A DNA stretch of 64,000 bases, from positions 3,648,001 to 3,712,000 of the forward strand of contig OZ243972.1 in NCBI GenBank assembly GCA_965214705.1. Reading direction: 5' to 3'. This DNA comes from Alphaproteobacteria bacterium. GTDB taxonomy: Bacteria > Pseudomonadota > Alphaproteobacteria > UBA828. Below are positions 55,962 to 64,000 of this stretch, in pieces. The translations under genes were made by a program, and so were the position numbers. The notes beneath the pieces are model-generated. The model saw nothing but the letters and a program-made list of their open reading frames with translations. It made no database searches and was not told the DNA's origin. Numbering within the stretch: the stretch's first letter is position 1; every line of letters starts with the position of its first letter.

Positions 55962-58832
55962 CTAGGCGGCTGCCGGGCGGGCAGCCTCGACGGCGCCGAT
56001 GCAGCGCCCGCAAATGTCCGGATAGCGCTCGTCGCGACCGACTTCCGGCAGGAGCCGCCAGCAGCGCGCGCACTTCTGGTGCTCGGCAGGCGCGAACAGC
56101 ACGCCGACTTCGGGCACCTCGGGCAGCGTGACGAGACTGTTCCCATCTGGCGCCTCGCTCCAGGGCGCGATGGTCGCGCCGGAGGTAATGAAGAGCGTCG
56201 CGCAATCGTCGTCCTCGAAGGCGAGAGCGTCGCGATAGCGCTCGTGCACGAACACCGCGGGCGCCGCCTCCAGCGAGGAGCCGATGATCTTGGCGGCGCG
56301 AGCCTCTTCCAGCGCCTTGGTGACGACGCGGCGCACCGCGCGCATGCGCCCGATGCGCTCGGCCAGCGCGTCGTCCTGCCACTCGGCCGGCAGCGCGGGG
56401 AAGACGCGCAGGTGCACGCTCGTATCGCCCGGATAACGGGCGAGCCAGGCTTCTTCCGCCGTGAAGCAGATGAAGGGCGCGAGCCATGCGGCCAGGCAGT
56501 CGAACAGACGATCGAGCACGGTGCGCACGGCGCGCCGGCGTGTCGAATGCGCCGGGTCGCAATAGAGCGAATCCTTGCGGATGTCGAAGTAGAAGGCCGA
56601 GAGATCGACCGCGCAGAAGTGATGCAACGCCACGAACATCTCGTGGAAGGCGAAGTCTTCGCACCAGCGGCGGACATCGCGGTCGAGGCTGTGCAGCCGG
56701 TGCAGCACCCAGCGCTCCAGCGCGGGCAGCTCGGATGCGGGCAGGCGCTCGCCGGCGTGAAAATCGGCGAGGTTGCCCAAGAGATAACGCAGCGTGTTGC
56801 GCAGCCGCCGGTACGAATCGACCTGGTGACGCAGGATCTCGTCGCTGATCCTGAGATCTTCCGCGTAGTCCGTGCTTACGACCCAGAGTCGGAGGATGTC
56901 GGCGCCGTAGCGCTCGTTCACCTGCTGCGGCGCGATGACGTTGCCGAGTGACTTCGACATCTTGCGCCCCTCGCCGTCGACCACGAAGCCGTGGGTGAGC
57001 ACGGCGTCGTAGGGTGCGCGGCCGCGGGTGCCGCAGGATTCGAGCAGCGAGCTGTGGAACCAGCCCCGGTGCTGGTCCGAGCCTTCGAGGTAGAGCGAGG
57101 CCGGCCACATCAGCTCCGGCCGCTGCTCCAGGACGAAGCTGTGGGTGGTGCCGCTCTCGAACCAGACATCGAGGATGTCCGTCACCTTGTCGTAGGCGTC
57201 GGGGTCGTGCTCCGGCGCGAGGAAGCGCGCCTTGTCGCTGGTGAACCAGGCGTCGGCGCCTTCCTCCTCGACCACAGCGGCGATGCGCTCGACCACCTGC
57301 GCATCGCGCAACGGGGTGCCATCCTCGCGCGAGACGAAGACCGTGATCGGCACGCCCCAGACGCGCTGGCGCGAGAGCACCCAGTCCGGCCGGGTCTCGA
57401 TCATCGAGCGAATGCGCGCGCGGCCTGTCGGCGGCACCCAGCGCACATTGTCGATGGCGTCGAGCGCGGTGGTGCGGAGACCGGTCGTCTCCATGCTGAT
57501 GAACCATTGGCTCGTGTTGCGGAAGATCAGCGGCGCCTTGGAGCGCCAGGAGTGGGGATAGGAGTGGACCACTTCGCCGCGCGCGAGCAGGTGGCCGGCG
57601 TCGGCCAGCGCGTCGGCGATCTCGCCGTTCACCTTGTAGACGTGCTTGCCGGCGAACTCCGGCACGTGATCGTAGAAGCAGCCGTCGTCATCCACCGTGG
57701 CGGGAGTCTCGATCGGCGCGCGATCGCCGCCGCCTGCGGCGAGGCCTGCGTTGTAGAGCGCGACCGCCTCGAAATCCTCGGCGCCGTGACCCGGCGCGAT
57801 GTGGACGAAGCCGGTGCCCTGCTCCGTGGTGACGTGGTCGGCGGGGATCAGCGGCACCGGAAAGTCGTAGCCCCTGCCGCGCAGGGGGTGGGCACAGACC
57901 GTGCCGGCGAAGGCGGTGCCGGGAAGGTCGGAGGCGACCACCCGGTGGCCGGTGATTCCGCTCTCGGCGCAGAGGGTGGGCGCCAGCTCCTCGGCGGCGG
58001 CGATGCGCGTGCCGGGCGTCACTGCCGCGCCGTCCGCGACCTCGGTCACTTCCAACACCACGTAGCGCACCGCCTCGCCGTAGGCGATGCAGCGGTTGCC
58101 GGGGATGGTCCAGGGCGTCGTCGTCCAGATGACGATTGCGGCGCTGTCGAGGGCTTCCAGCGGGCTCTCGATGACCGGGAAGGCGACGGTGATCACCACC
58201 GACTTGTGGTCGTGGTACTCGATTTCGGCCTCGGCCAGCGCCGTCTTCTCGACCGGCGACCACATCACCGGCCGCGCACCCAGGTAGAGGCTGCCGTCGA
58301 CCAGGAAGCGCCCGAGCTCGCGCACGATCTGCGCCTCGGCCGCGTAGTTCATGGTGGTGTAGGGATCGTCCCAGTCGCCGATCACGCCCAGGCGCTTGAA
58401 CTCGTTGCGCTGCACGTCGATCCAGTGCTCGGCGAAGGCACGGCAGTCGGCACGGAACTCGCTGACCGGGACGGAATCCTTGTCACGGCCCTCCTTGCGG
58501 TAGGCCTGCTCCACCTGCCACTCGATGGGCAGGCCGTGGCAGTCCCAGCCCGGCACGTAGACCGAATCCTTGCCCAGCATCTGCTGGGAGCGGACGACGA
58601 CATCCTTCAGGATCTTGTTCAGCGCGGTGCCGAGGTGAAGGTGGCCGTTGGCGTAGGGCGGGCCATCGTGCAGCACGAACTTGGGGCGCCCGGCCGAGTC
58701 CTCCCGCAAGCGATCGTAGAGGCCGATCTCCTCCCAGCGTGCGGCCATCGCCGGCTCGCGTTCGGGCAGTCGCGCCTTCATGGGGAAGGCGGTGTGCGGC
58801 ATGAGGACGGTATCGCGGTAGTCGGTGGTCAT
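55962..58832 (-). CDS. ileS: Isoleucine--tRNA ligase (type 1)
   Basis: DGPPYANGHLH, GWDCHGLP, WTTTPWT, KMSKS, C-terminal CARC...CGRC. Confidence 0.97.
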   Translation of the reverse strand: MTTDYRDTVLMPHTAFPMKARLPEREPAMAARWEEIGLYDRLREDSAGRPKFVLHDGPPYANGHLHLGTALNKILKDVVVRSQQMLGKDSVYVPGWDCHGLPIEWQVEQAYRKEGRDKDSVPVSEFRADCRAFAEHWIDVQRNEFKRLGVIGDWDDPYTTMNYAAEAQIVRELGRFLVDGSLYLGARPVMWSPVEKTALAEAEIEYHDHKSVVITVAFPVIESPLEALDSAAIVIWTTTPWTIPGNRCIAYGEAVRYVVLEVTEVADGAAVTPGTRIAAAEELAPTLCAESGITGHRVVASDLPGTAFAGTVCAHPLRGRGYDFPVPLIPADHVTTEQGTGFVHIAPGHGAEDFEAVALYNAGLAAGGGDRAPIETPATVDDDGCFYDHVPEFAGKHVYKVNGEIADALADAGHLLARGEVVHSYPHSWRSKAPLIFRNTSQWFISMETTGLRTTALDAIDNVRWVPPTGRARIRSMIETRPDWVLSRQRVWGVPITVFVSREDGTPLRDAQVVERIAAVVEEEGADAWFTSDKARFLAPEHDPDAYDKVTDILDVWFESGTTHSFVLEQRPELMWPASLYLEGSDQHRGWFHSSLLESCGTRGRAPYDAVLTHGFVVDGEGRKMSKSLGNVIAPQQVNERYGADILRLWVVSTDYAEDLRISDEILRHQVDSYRRLRNTLRYLLGNLADFHAGERLPASELPALERWVLHRLHSLDRDVRRWCEDFAFHEMFVALHHFCAVDLSAFYFDIRKDSLYCDPAHSTRRRAVRTVLDRLFDCLAAWLAPFICFTAEEAWLARYPGDTSVHLRVFPALPAEWQDDALAERIGRMRAVRRVVTKALEEARAAKIIGSSLEAAPAVFVHERYRDALAFEDDDCATLFITSGATIAPWSEAPDGNSLVTLPEVPEVGVLFAPAEHQKCARCWRLLPEVGRDERYPDICGRCIGAVEAARPAAA

Positions 58833-59815
58833 GAGCGGGCCTGGCGGCGGGGCAGGACGGCGGACTCGTCGGCGTCCGGCGCGGGCAGGCGGGCGAGGAT
58901 GGCGCGGGCGGTGTCGCAGTCGTCGGCGATCTGCGCCTTCAGCGCGTCGATGCCGTCGAAGCGGCGCTCGGGGCGGACCCGGTCGGCGAAGGCGGCGCGC
59001 AGCCGCTTGCCGTAGAGGTCGGCGGCGTAGTCGAAGATGTGCACTTCGAGCAGGTCCTCCGTCTTGTCGAAGGTCGGCCGGCGGCCGAGATTGGCCACCG
59101 CCGGGTACCAGTGTCCGTCGCCGTCGGGCTGAGCCCAGAGCGCGTAGACCCCGCGCGCGGGATGCAGAATGCCGGCGCAGCGCAGGTTGGCGGTGGGGAA
59201 GCCGATGGTGCGGCCACGCCGGTCGCCTGCGACCACGTGCCTGTCGATCTCCCAATAGCGGCCGAGTACCTCGGGTAGCGCGGCGACCTCGCCGTCCGAC
59301 AGCAGGCGCCGGGCCCGGCTCGCCGAATGGATCGTGGTGCCCGTGCCGGCCGCTTCGATGCTGGTCACGCCGACCCCGAGCGACCCGCCCACCTCGGTGA
59401 GCAGTTCCACCGTGCCGGCGCGCCTGCGGCCGAAGGCGAAGTCGTGGCCGACCACGACGTGGCGGGCACCGATGCCCGCCGCCACCACGTCCGCGACGAA
59501 CGACGCAGGCTCGCGCGCCGCGAAGGCGCGGTTGAAGTGTGCGACGTAGAGAAACTCGATACCGAGGGCGTCGAGTCGGCGGGCCTTGACCCGGAACGGC
59601 GTGAGCCTGAAGGGCTCCTCCGGGGCGGCGAGCACTTGGCGCGGGTGGGGCTCGAAGGTGAGTACGGCGAGCGGTGCGCCGAGGGCACGCGCGATGCGCC
59701 GGCCTTCCTCGATGACCGCGCGATGGCCCAGATGGACGCCATCGAAATTGCCGATGGCGACCACCGCGCCCCGCGCGTCTGCGGGCGTGCTTTGCCAATG
59801 TCGAACGATGCGCAT
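58829..59815 (-). CDS. ribF: Bifunctional riboflavin kinase/FAD synthetase
   Basis: GNFDGVHLGH, TFEPHP, GFPTAN, EVHIFD. Confidence 0.96.
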   Translation of the reverse strand: MRIVRHWQSTPADARGAVVAIGNFDGVHLGHRAVIEEGRRIARALGAPLAVLTFEPHPRQVLAAPEEPFRLTPFRVKARRLDALGIEFLYVAHFNRAFAAREPASFVADVVAAGIGARHVVVGHDFAFGRRRAGTVELLTEVGGSLGVGVTSIEAAGTGTTIHSASRARRLLSDGEVAALPEVLGRYWEIDRHVVAGDRRGRTIGFPTANLRCAGILHPARGVYALWAQPDGDGHWYPAVANLGRRPTFDKTEDLLEVHIFDYAADLYGKRLRAAFADRVRPERRFDGIDALKAQIADDCDTARAILARLPAPDADESAVLPRRQARS

Positions 59816-59906
59816 GGGCGCGTTTACCCCAATCCGAGCGGGCGGGAGAATAGCCGCGGCGCTCAGGCGCGTCGATGGCTGTTGAGTCAATTTGGGGCGG
59901 GGCGCC

Positions 59907-60557
59907 TCACCACATGCGCAGGCCCAGCAACAGAACGTGCTGGGTCATATCGCCGTAGTCGTTGAGGTCGCCGGTCTTGAGGTAGCGGTAGCCGACATGC
60001 CAGCCCTGGAAGTGGACGCCCACGCCCAGCTGATAGGCGAATTCCGTGTCCGTTCCGTCGCCACTGCCCTGAAGAGCGTTTTGCGCTCTATCGACAATTC
60101 GGTGGCTGGTGTCGGCGAACAGCATGCCGGCACCGCCGCCGCCGTAGATGCCCCAGGTGGTGCCGGCGCCGAGGTCGACCCAGGAGTTCAGCATCACCCC
60201 ATAGGTGCGGACATCGCCCGAGACCGAGGCGCTGATCGCCTGCTCCTGTTGCTCGCTTCCCGAGGCCGTGTCGATGTCGAAGAACACCTCGGCCTCGGCC
60301 CGAAGCATCTCGGTGAGCCCCATGCCCATGACGCCGCTGACGCGAAAATTGGTGTCGTTGTAGCTCGGAGACGCGATGTCGTCGCAGCTGCCGTTGTTAC
60401 ACCCTTCGAACTCCGACAGCTTGCCGGGCAGATCAAAGTCGAACAGCCCGACATCGATGCCGAAGTAGAGACCGGCCTGTTCGGCCTGGCTTGGGGTGGA
60501 CAACGCTGCCAGGGCCACGAAGGTGCTCCCGGCCACGGCTGACAGAATTGCTCTCAT
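59907..60557 (-). CDS. Outer-membrane beta-barrel protein (OmpA-TM/opacity-like)
   Basis: Signal ending SQA; LRAEAE, YGGGGAG, FAYQLGVG, VGYRY; C-terminal GLRMW. Confidence 0.75.
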   Translation of the reverse strand: MRAILSAVAGSTFVALAALSTPSQAEQAGLYFGIDVGLFDFDLPGKLSEFEGCNNGSCDDIASPSYNDTNFRVSGVMGMGLTEMLRAEAEVFFDIDTASGSEQQEQAISASVSGDVRTYGVMLNSWVDLGAGTTWGIYGGGGAGMLFADTSHRIVDRAQNALQGSGDGTDTEFAYQLGVGVHFQGWHVGYRYLKTGDLNDYGDMTQHVLLLGLRMW

Positions 60558-60724
60558 TCCGATTCCCCTCGTGCAGCGGGCCGAGCGATTGCGACTCGGC
60601 GGAAGACAGCGCCCCGACGTTCCACTTGCGCGGCGCGCGCGTCAATACGGTCGTCTGCCGAGGCGCCGGCGAGAGGGGGAAAGAAGGGGAGGGGACGCTG
60701 GCCGCGCCCCCTCAAAGTACCGGA

Positions 60725-62140
60725 TCAGTCGAACGGATAAGCCGCCGGCTTCGAGGACCACTGCATGTAGGCCTCGCGCTGATTGTCGACGCCCACCTTC
60801 TCGGTGAGCGCGTCCCACGCAGAAGCCACGCCGTCGAGCTCCTCCTGCGGATCGGCACCGCCCATCACCGCCTGAAGCCCGATCGCCAGCGCATCCTCGT
60901 ACGCGAAGGTGTTGATGATCGAGAGATCGAGCAGGCCCGAGACCGCGCCCGCCTGCAACGCATCGAGATACTCCTTCGCATCAGGCCAGAGCGACTGGTA
61001 CTCCGGCGACGAGAAGTGCGACTTGCGGAAGGGATCGCGCAGCGTATAGGGCAGCTGCACCCGCTGGCCGCTGATGTCGATGCTGTTGATCCACTGGATG
61101 TAGAGGTAGGCCGCGTCCTTGTTCTTGCTGTCGGACGAGACCGCCATCGAGAACCCGGCGGCAAGCTGCGGATGGCCGCCCGGCGGCAGCGCATAGCCCA
61201 CGTTGCCCGCGACCACCGACGGCGGCACCCACTGCATCGCGATGTCGTCGGTGCCGTAGCCCGCCGACCAGCGGCCGACCGGCGGCCACCACTGGGTCAT
61301 GGCGATCTGGCCGGCGTTGAAGGCGGCGAGCGATTCGATGGCGCCCCACTGCTCGACACCGGGCGGCATGGTCGTGTTGTCCTTGACCATGCCGGCGAGC
61401 GCCTTGACGCAGCCGGGGCCGTTGATCGTCGCCTTCATGGTCTCGGCGTCGAAGAACTTGCAGCCCTCGTTCCGCGCCCGCTCCTGATAGAAGTAGTGGA
61501 GCAGACCGCGCACCCGCATGAAGCCGGCGCCGTAGACCTCCGGCGCCTTGGCGTCGGTGATCGCCTTGCTGACCTCGTAGAACTCGTCCCACGTGGTCGG
61601 CACCGAAAGGCCCATCTCCTCGAAGATGTCCTTGCGGTAGTAAAGAATCAGCACGTCGCCATCATCCGGGAAGCCGTAGATGGTGTCGCCGATCCGCATC
61701 TGGTTCTCGCGATAGACATCGCCGATGTCCTCGAGCTCCTCGCGATAGCCGTACTTGTCGACATATTCGTCGAGGGGCTCGACCGCGCCTGCGCGCACCA
61801 TGTCGCCCATCCAGGCAGGCACCACGCTCAGCACGTCATAGGCGCCGGTCCCCGCGCGATGCTCTTGCAGCATCTTCGGGAACATCTCGTTCACCTGGGA
61901 TTCGATCACGTTGACCTTGATGCCCGTGAGCTCCTCCCACTTCGGGCCAGAGAAGTTCTGCGGGCCGAGCGACTGGAGCCCGGCCTCCCAGATCACGTTG
62001 ATCTCGGTGCCGGCGTATTGCTTGGCCTCGCGCACCGCGATCTCGGCGGCACTCTCGGCCCAGGCGGCGCTTGCGCCCGCGCCGAGCAGCGCGAGCGCGG
62101 TGAGACCGCCCATCATTGACCGCATCGTTCCCATTGCCAT
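60725..62140 (-). CDS. Extracellular solute-binding protein, family 1 (copy 2)
   Basis: Signal ending AWA; WEELTGIKV, YYRKD, PTTWDE, AAYLYIQW. Confidence 0.9.
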   Translation of the reverse strand: MAMGTMRSMMGGLTALALLGAGASAAWAESAAEIAVREAKQYAGTEINVIWEAGLQSLGPQNFSGPKWEELTGIKVNVIESQVNEMFPKMLQEHRAGTGAYDVLSVVPAWMGDMVRAGAVEPLDEYVDKYGYREELEDIGDVYRENQMRIGDTIYGFPDDGDVLILYYRKDIFEEMGLSVPTTWDEFYEVSKAITDAKAPEVYGAGFMRVRGLLHYFYQERARNEGCKFFDAETMKATINGPGCVKALAGMVKDNTTMPPGVEQWGAIESLAAFNAGQIAMTQWWPPVGRWSAGYGTDDIAMQWVPPSVVAGNVGYALPPGGHPQLAAGFSMAVSSDSKNKDAAYLYIQWINSIDISGQRVQLPYTLRDPFRKSHFSSPEYQSLWPDAKEYLDALQAGAVSGLLDLSIINTFAYEDALAIGLQAVMGGADPQEELDGVASAWDALTEKVGVDNQREAYMQWSSKPAAYPFD

Positions 62141-62183
62141 TGTTGCCCTCCCTTCGTGCGGCGCGACGGCGCCGGAAAACAAA

Positions 62184-62211
62184 TGGGGAGGGAACGATGT
62201 CCCTCCCCAAA
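62184..62211 (-). terminator. Hairpin between the two solute-binding paralogs
   Basis: TGGGGAGGGA...TCCCTCCCCA, followed on the minus strand by TTTGTTTT. Confidence 0.65.
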
Positions 62212-62222
62212 GAACTCCGGGA

Positions 62223-63638
62223 TCAGTCGCCCGGATAAGCCGCAGGCTTGGAGGCCCACTCCATGTAGGCCTCGCGCTGCGCATCGATGCCCACCTTCTC
62301 GGTGAGCGCGTCCCACTTGGCGGCGACGCCGTCGAGCTCCTCTTGCGGATCGCCACCGGACATCACCGACTGCAGCCCGGCCGCGAGCGCGTCGATGTAC
62401 GCGAAGGTGTTGATGATCGACAGATCGAGCAGGCCCGAGACCGCGCCCTTCTCAGCCGCTTCGAGATAGTACTTCGCGTCCGGCCAGCGCGACTGGTACT
62501 CCGGAGACGAGAAGTGCGACTTGCGGAAGGGATCGCGCAGCGCGTAGGGCAGCTGCACCCGCTGGTGGCTGATGTCGATGCTGTTGATCCACTGGATGTA
62601 GAGGTAGGCCGCGTCCTTGTTCTTGCTGCTGGACGAGACCGCCATGGCGAAGCCGGCGGCGAGCTGCGGGTGACCGCCCGGGGGCAGCGCGTAGCCCACC
62701 TTGCCCGCGACCACCGACGGCGGCACCCACTGCATCGCGATGTCGTCGGTGCCGTAGCCCGCCGACCAGCGGCCGACCGGCGGCCACGACTGGAGCATGG
62801 CGGACTGGCCTGCGTTGAAGGCGGCCAGCGTCTCGACGAAGCCCCACACCTCGATACCGGGCGGCATGGTCGTGTTGTCCTTGACCATGCCGGCGAGCGC
62901 CTTGACGCAGCCGGGGCCGTTGATCGTCGCCTTCATGGTCTCGGCGTCGAAGAACTTGCAGCCCTCGACCCGCGCCCGCTCCTGGTAGAAGTACTGCAGG
63001 AGGCCGCGCGCACGCATGAAGGCGGAGCCGTACATGTCCGGCGCCTTGGCGTCGGTGATCGCCTTGCTGACCTCGTAGAACTCGTCCCACGTGGTCGGCA
63101 CCGAGAGACCCATCTCCTCGAACACGTCCTTGCGGTAGTAGAGGATGAACACGTCGCCATCATCCGGGAAGCCGTAGATGGTGTCGCCGATCCGCATCTG
63201 GTTCTCGCGGTAGACGTCGCCGATATCGTCGAGCTCCGCCCGATAGCCATACTTGTCGACGTACTCGTCGAGCGGCTCGACCGCACCGGCACGCACCATG
63301 TCACCCATCCAGGCGGGCACCACGTTCAGGACGTCATAGGCGCCGGTGCCGCCCCGATGCTCCTGCATCATCTTGGGGAACATCTCGTCGTGCTGGGCTT
63401 CGATGATGTTCACCTTGATCCCGGTGAGCTCCTCCCACTTCGGGCCGGAGAAGTTCTGCGGGCCCAGCGCCTGCAACCCGGCTTCCCAGAACACGTTGAT
63501 CGTGGTGCCGGAATATTTCTGGGCCTCGCGCACTGCGATCTCGGCAGCGCTTTCCGCCCAGGCGGCGCTTGACCCCACGCCGAGCAGTGCAAGAGCGGCG
63601 ATCCCGCCAATTGCGGACCGTATGGACATGGTTGCCAT
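62223..63638 (-). CDS. Extracellular solute-binding protein, family 1 (copy 1)
   Basis: Same motifs and same length (471 aa) as copy 2. Confidence 0.9.
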   Translation of the reverse strand: MATMSIRSAIGGIAALALLGVGSSAAWAESAAEIAVREAQKYSGTTINVFWEAGLQALGPQNFSGPKWEELTGIKVNIIEAQHDEMFPKMMQEHRGGTGAYDVLNVVPAWMGDMVRAGAVEPLDEYVDKYGYRAELDDIGDVYRENQMRIGDTIYGFPDDGDVFILYYRKDVFEEMGLSVPTTWDEFYEVSKAITDAKAPDMYGSAFMRARGLLQYFYQERARVEGCKFFDAETMKATINGPGCVKALAGMVKDNTTMPPGIEVWGFVETLAAFNAGQSAMLQSWPPVGRWSAGYGTDDIAMQWVPPSVVAGKVGYALPPGGHPQLAAGFAMAVSSSSKNKDAAYLYIQWINSIDISHQRVQLPYALRDPFRKSHFSSPEYQSRWPDAKYYLEAAEKGAVSGLLDLSIINTFAYIDALAAGLQSVMSGGDPQEELDGVAAKWDALTEKVGIDAQREAYMEWASKPAAYPGD

Positions 63639-63686
63639 TGATGGCCTCCCCTTGTTCAGCGCGGCGGCGCCGCGCTCTCCTCCAAA

Positions 63687-64000
63687 CTAACGCTGGCCAG
63701 CGACGCCTGTACGCGGTCCGCGGCAGGCCTTGCGCAGCGCGGCAATGCCCTCCGCGACACCGCGCTGAACCAGCCAGCTGTCACCAGAATAGCATAGGAA
63801 ATCGAAGCCCAGATCATGCAGCGCCAGGCCGGTCTCGGTGTCTTCGTAGATGCGGCCGAGCGACTTGCCGTGTTGCGCGCATGCCGCGGCGACCCGCTGC
63901 ATCGCCGCCTGGAACTTCGGATGGTCGAACTTTGCCGGGATGCCCATGGCGACCGACAGGTCGAAATGGCCGATCCAGATGCCGTCGACTCCCTTGAGCG
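63687..64000 (-). CDS. HpcH/HpaI aldolase family protein, 5'-truncated by window edge
   Basis: Frame open to edge: GVDGIWIGHFDLSVAMGIP. Confidence 0.8.
   Translation of the reverse strand, partial: LKGVDGIWIGHFDLSVAMGIPAKFDHPKFQAAMQRVAAACAQHGKSLGRIYEDTETGLALHDLGFDFLCYSGDSWLVQRGVAEGIAALRKACRGPRTGVAGQR

Noticed and set aside
55447-59798. Very long IleS (1278 aa) and LspA (686 aa) ORFs
   Set aside because: Extensions are stop-free shadow frames over ribF and ileS, expected in high-GC DNA
1-64000. CRISPR arrays, tRNAs, IS elements, prophage, selenocysteine recoding
   Set aside because: No regularly spaced repeats, cloverleaf motifs, transposase/integrase or phage genes, or in-frame TGA within conserved domains seen

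Overview
High-GC bacterial chromosomal segment. Gene order and motifs point to an Alphaproteobacterium (Rhodospirillales-like); a marine or host-associated lifestyle is inferred from gene content only. About 65 CDS. Core genes: gshA, rsmE, ubiA, ubiD, hisB-H-A-F-E, comM/yifB, nnr, glnE, ispG, ctaA, mutL, pgi, lspA, ileS, ribF. Accessory genes are mostly organic-nitrogen scavenging: an Amt without glnK, a PotABCD-like ABC system in line with an amidohydrolase, creatininase, ureohydrolase and Zn-deaminase, split PxpA/PxpC/biotin-carrier genes, D-amino-acid dehydrogenases, a Liv-type ABC system and tandem solute-binding paralogs. No rRNA, tRNA, CRISPR array or transposase was seen. Best leads: (1) a self-contained ~170-nt unit at 31.6-31.8 kb with a promoter, 17 nt of perfect complementarity to the 16S rRNA 3' end, a 24-codon ORF, alternative hairpins and a terminal hairpin; (2) a creatininase cluster with an arginase-family enzyme where a creatinase would be expected; (3) GlnE with a degenerate C-terminal catalytic motif; (4) two genes that appear to need ATT/ATC starts overlapping the upstream gene end; (5) a decayed toxin-antitoxin pair inside an ABC operon. 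All calls come from reading motifs by eye; no database searches were run.
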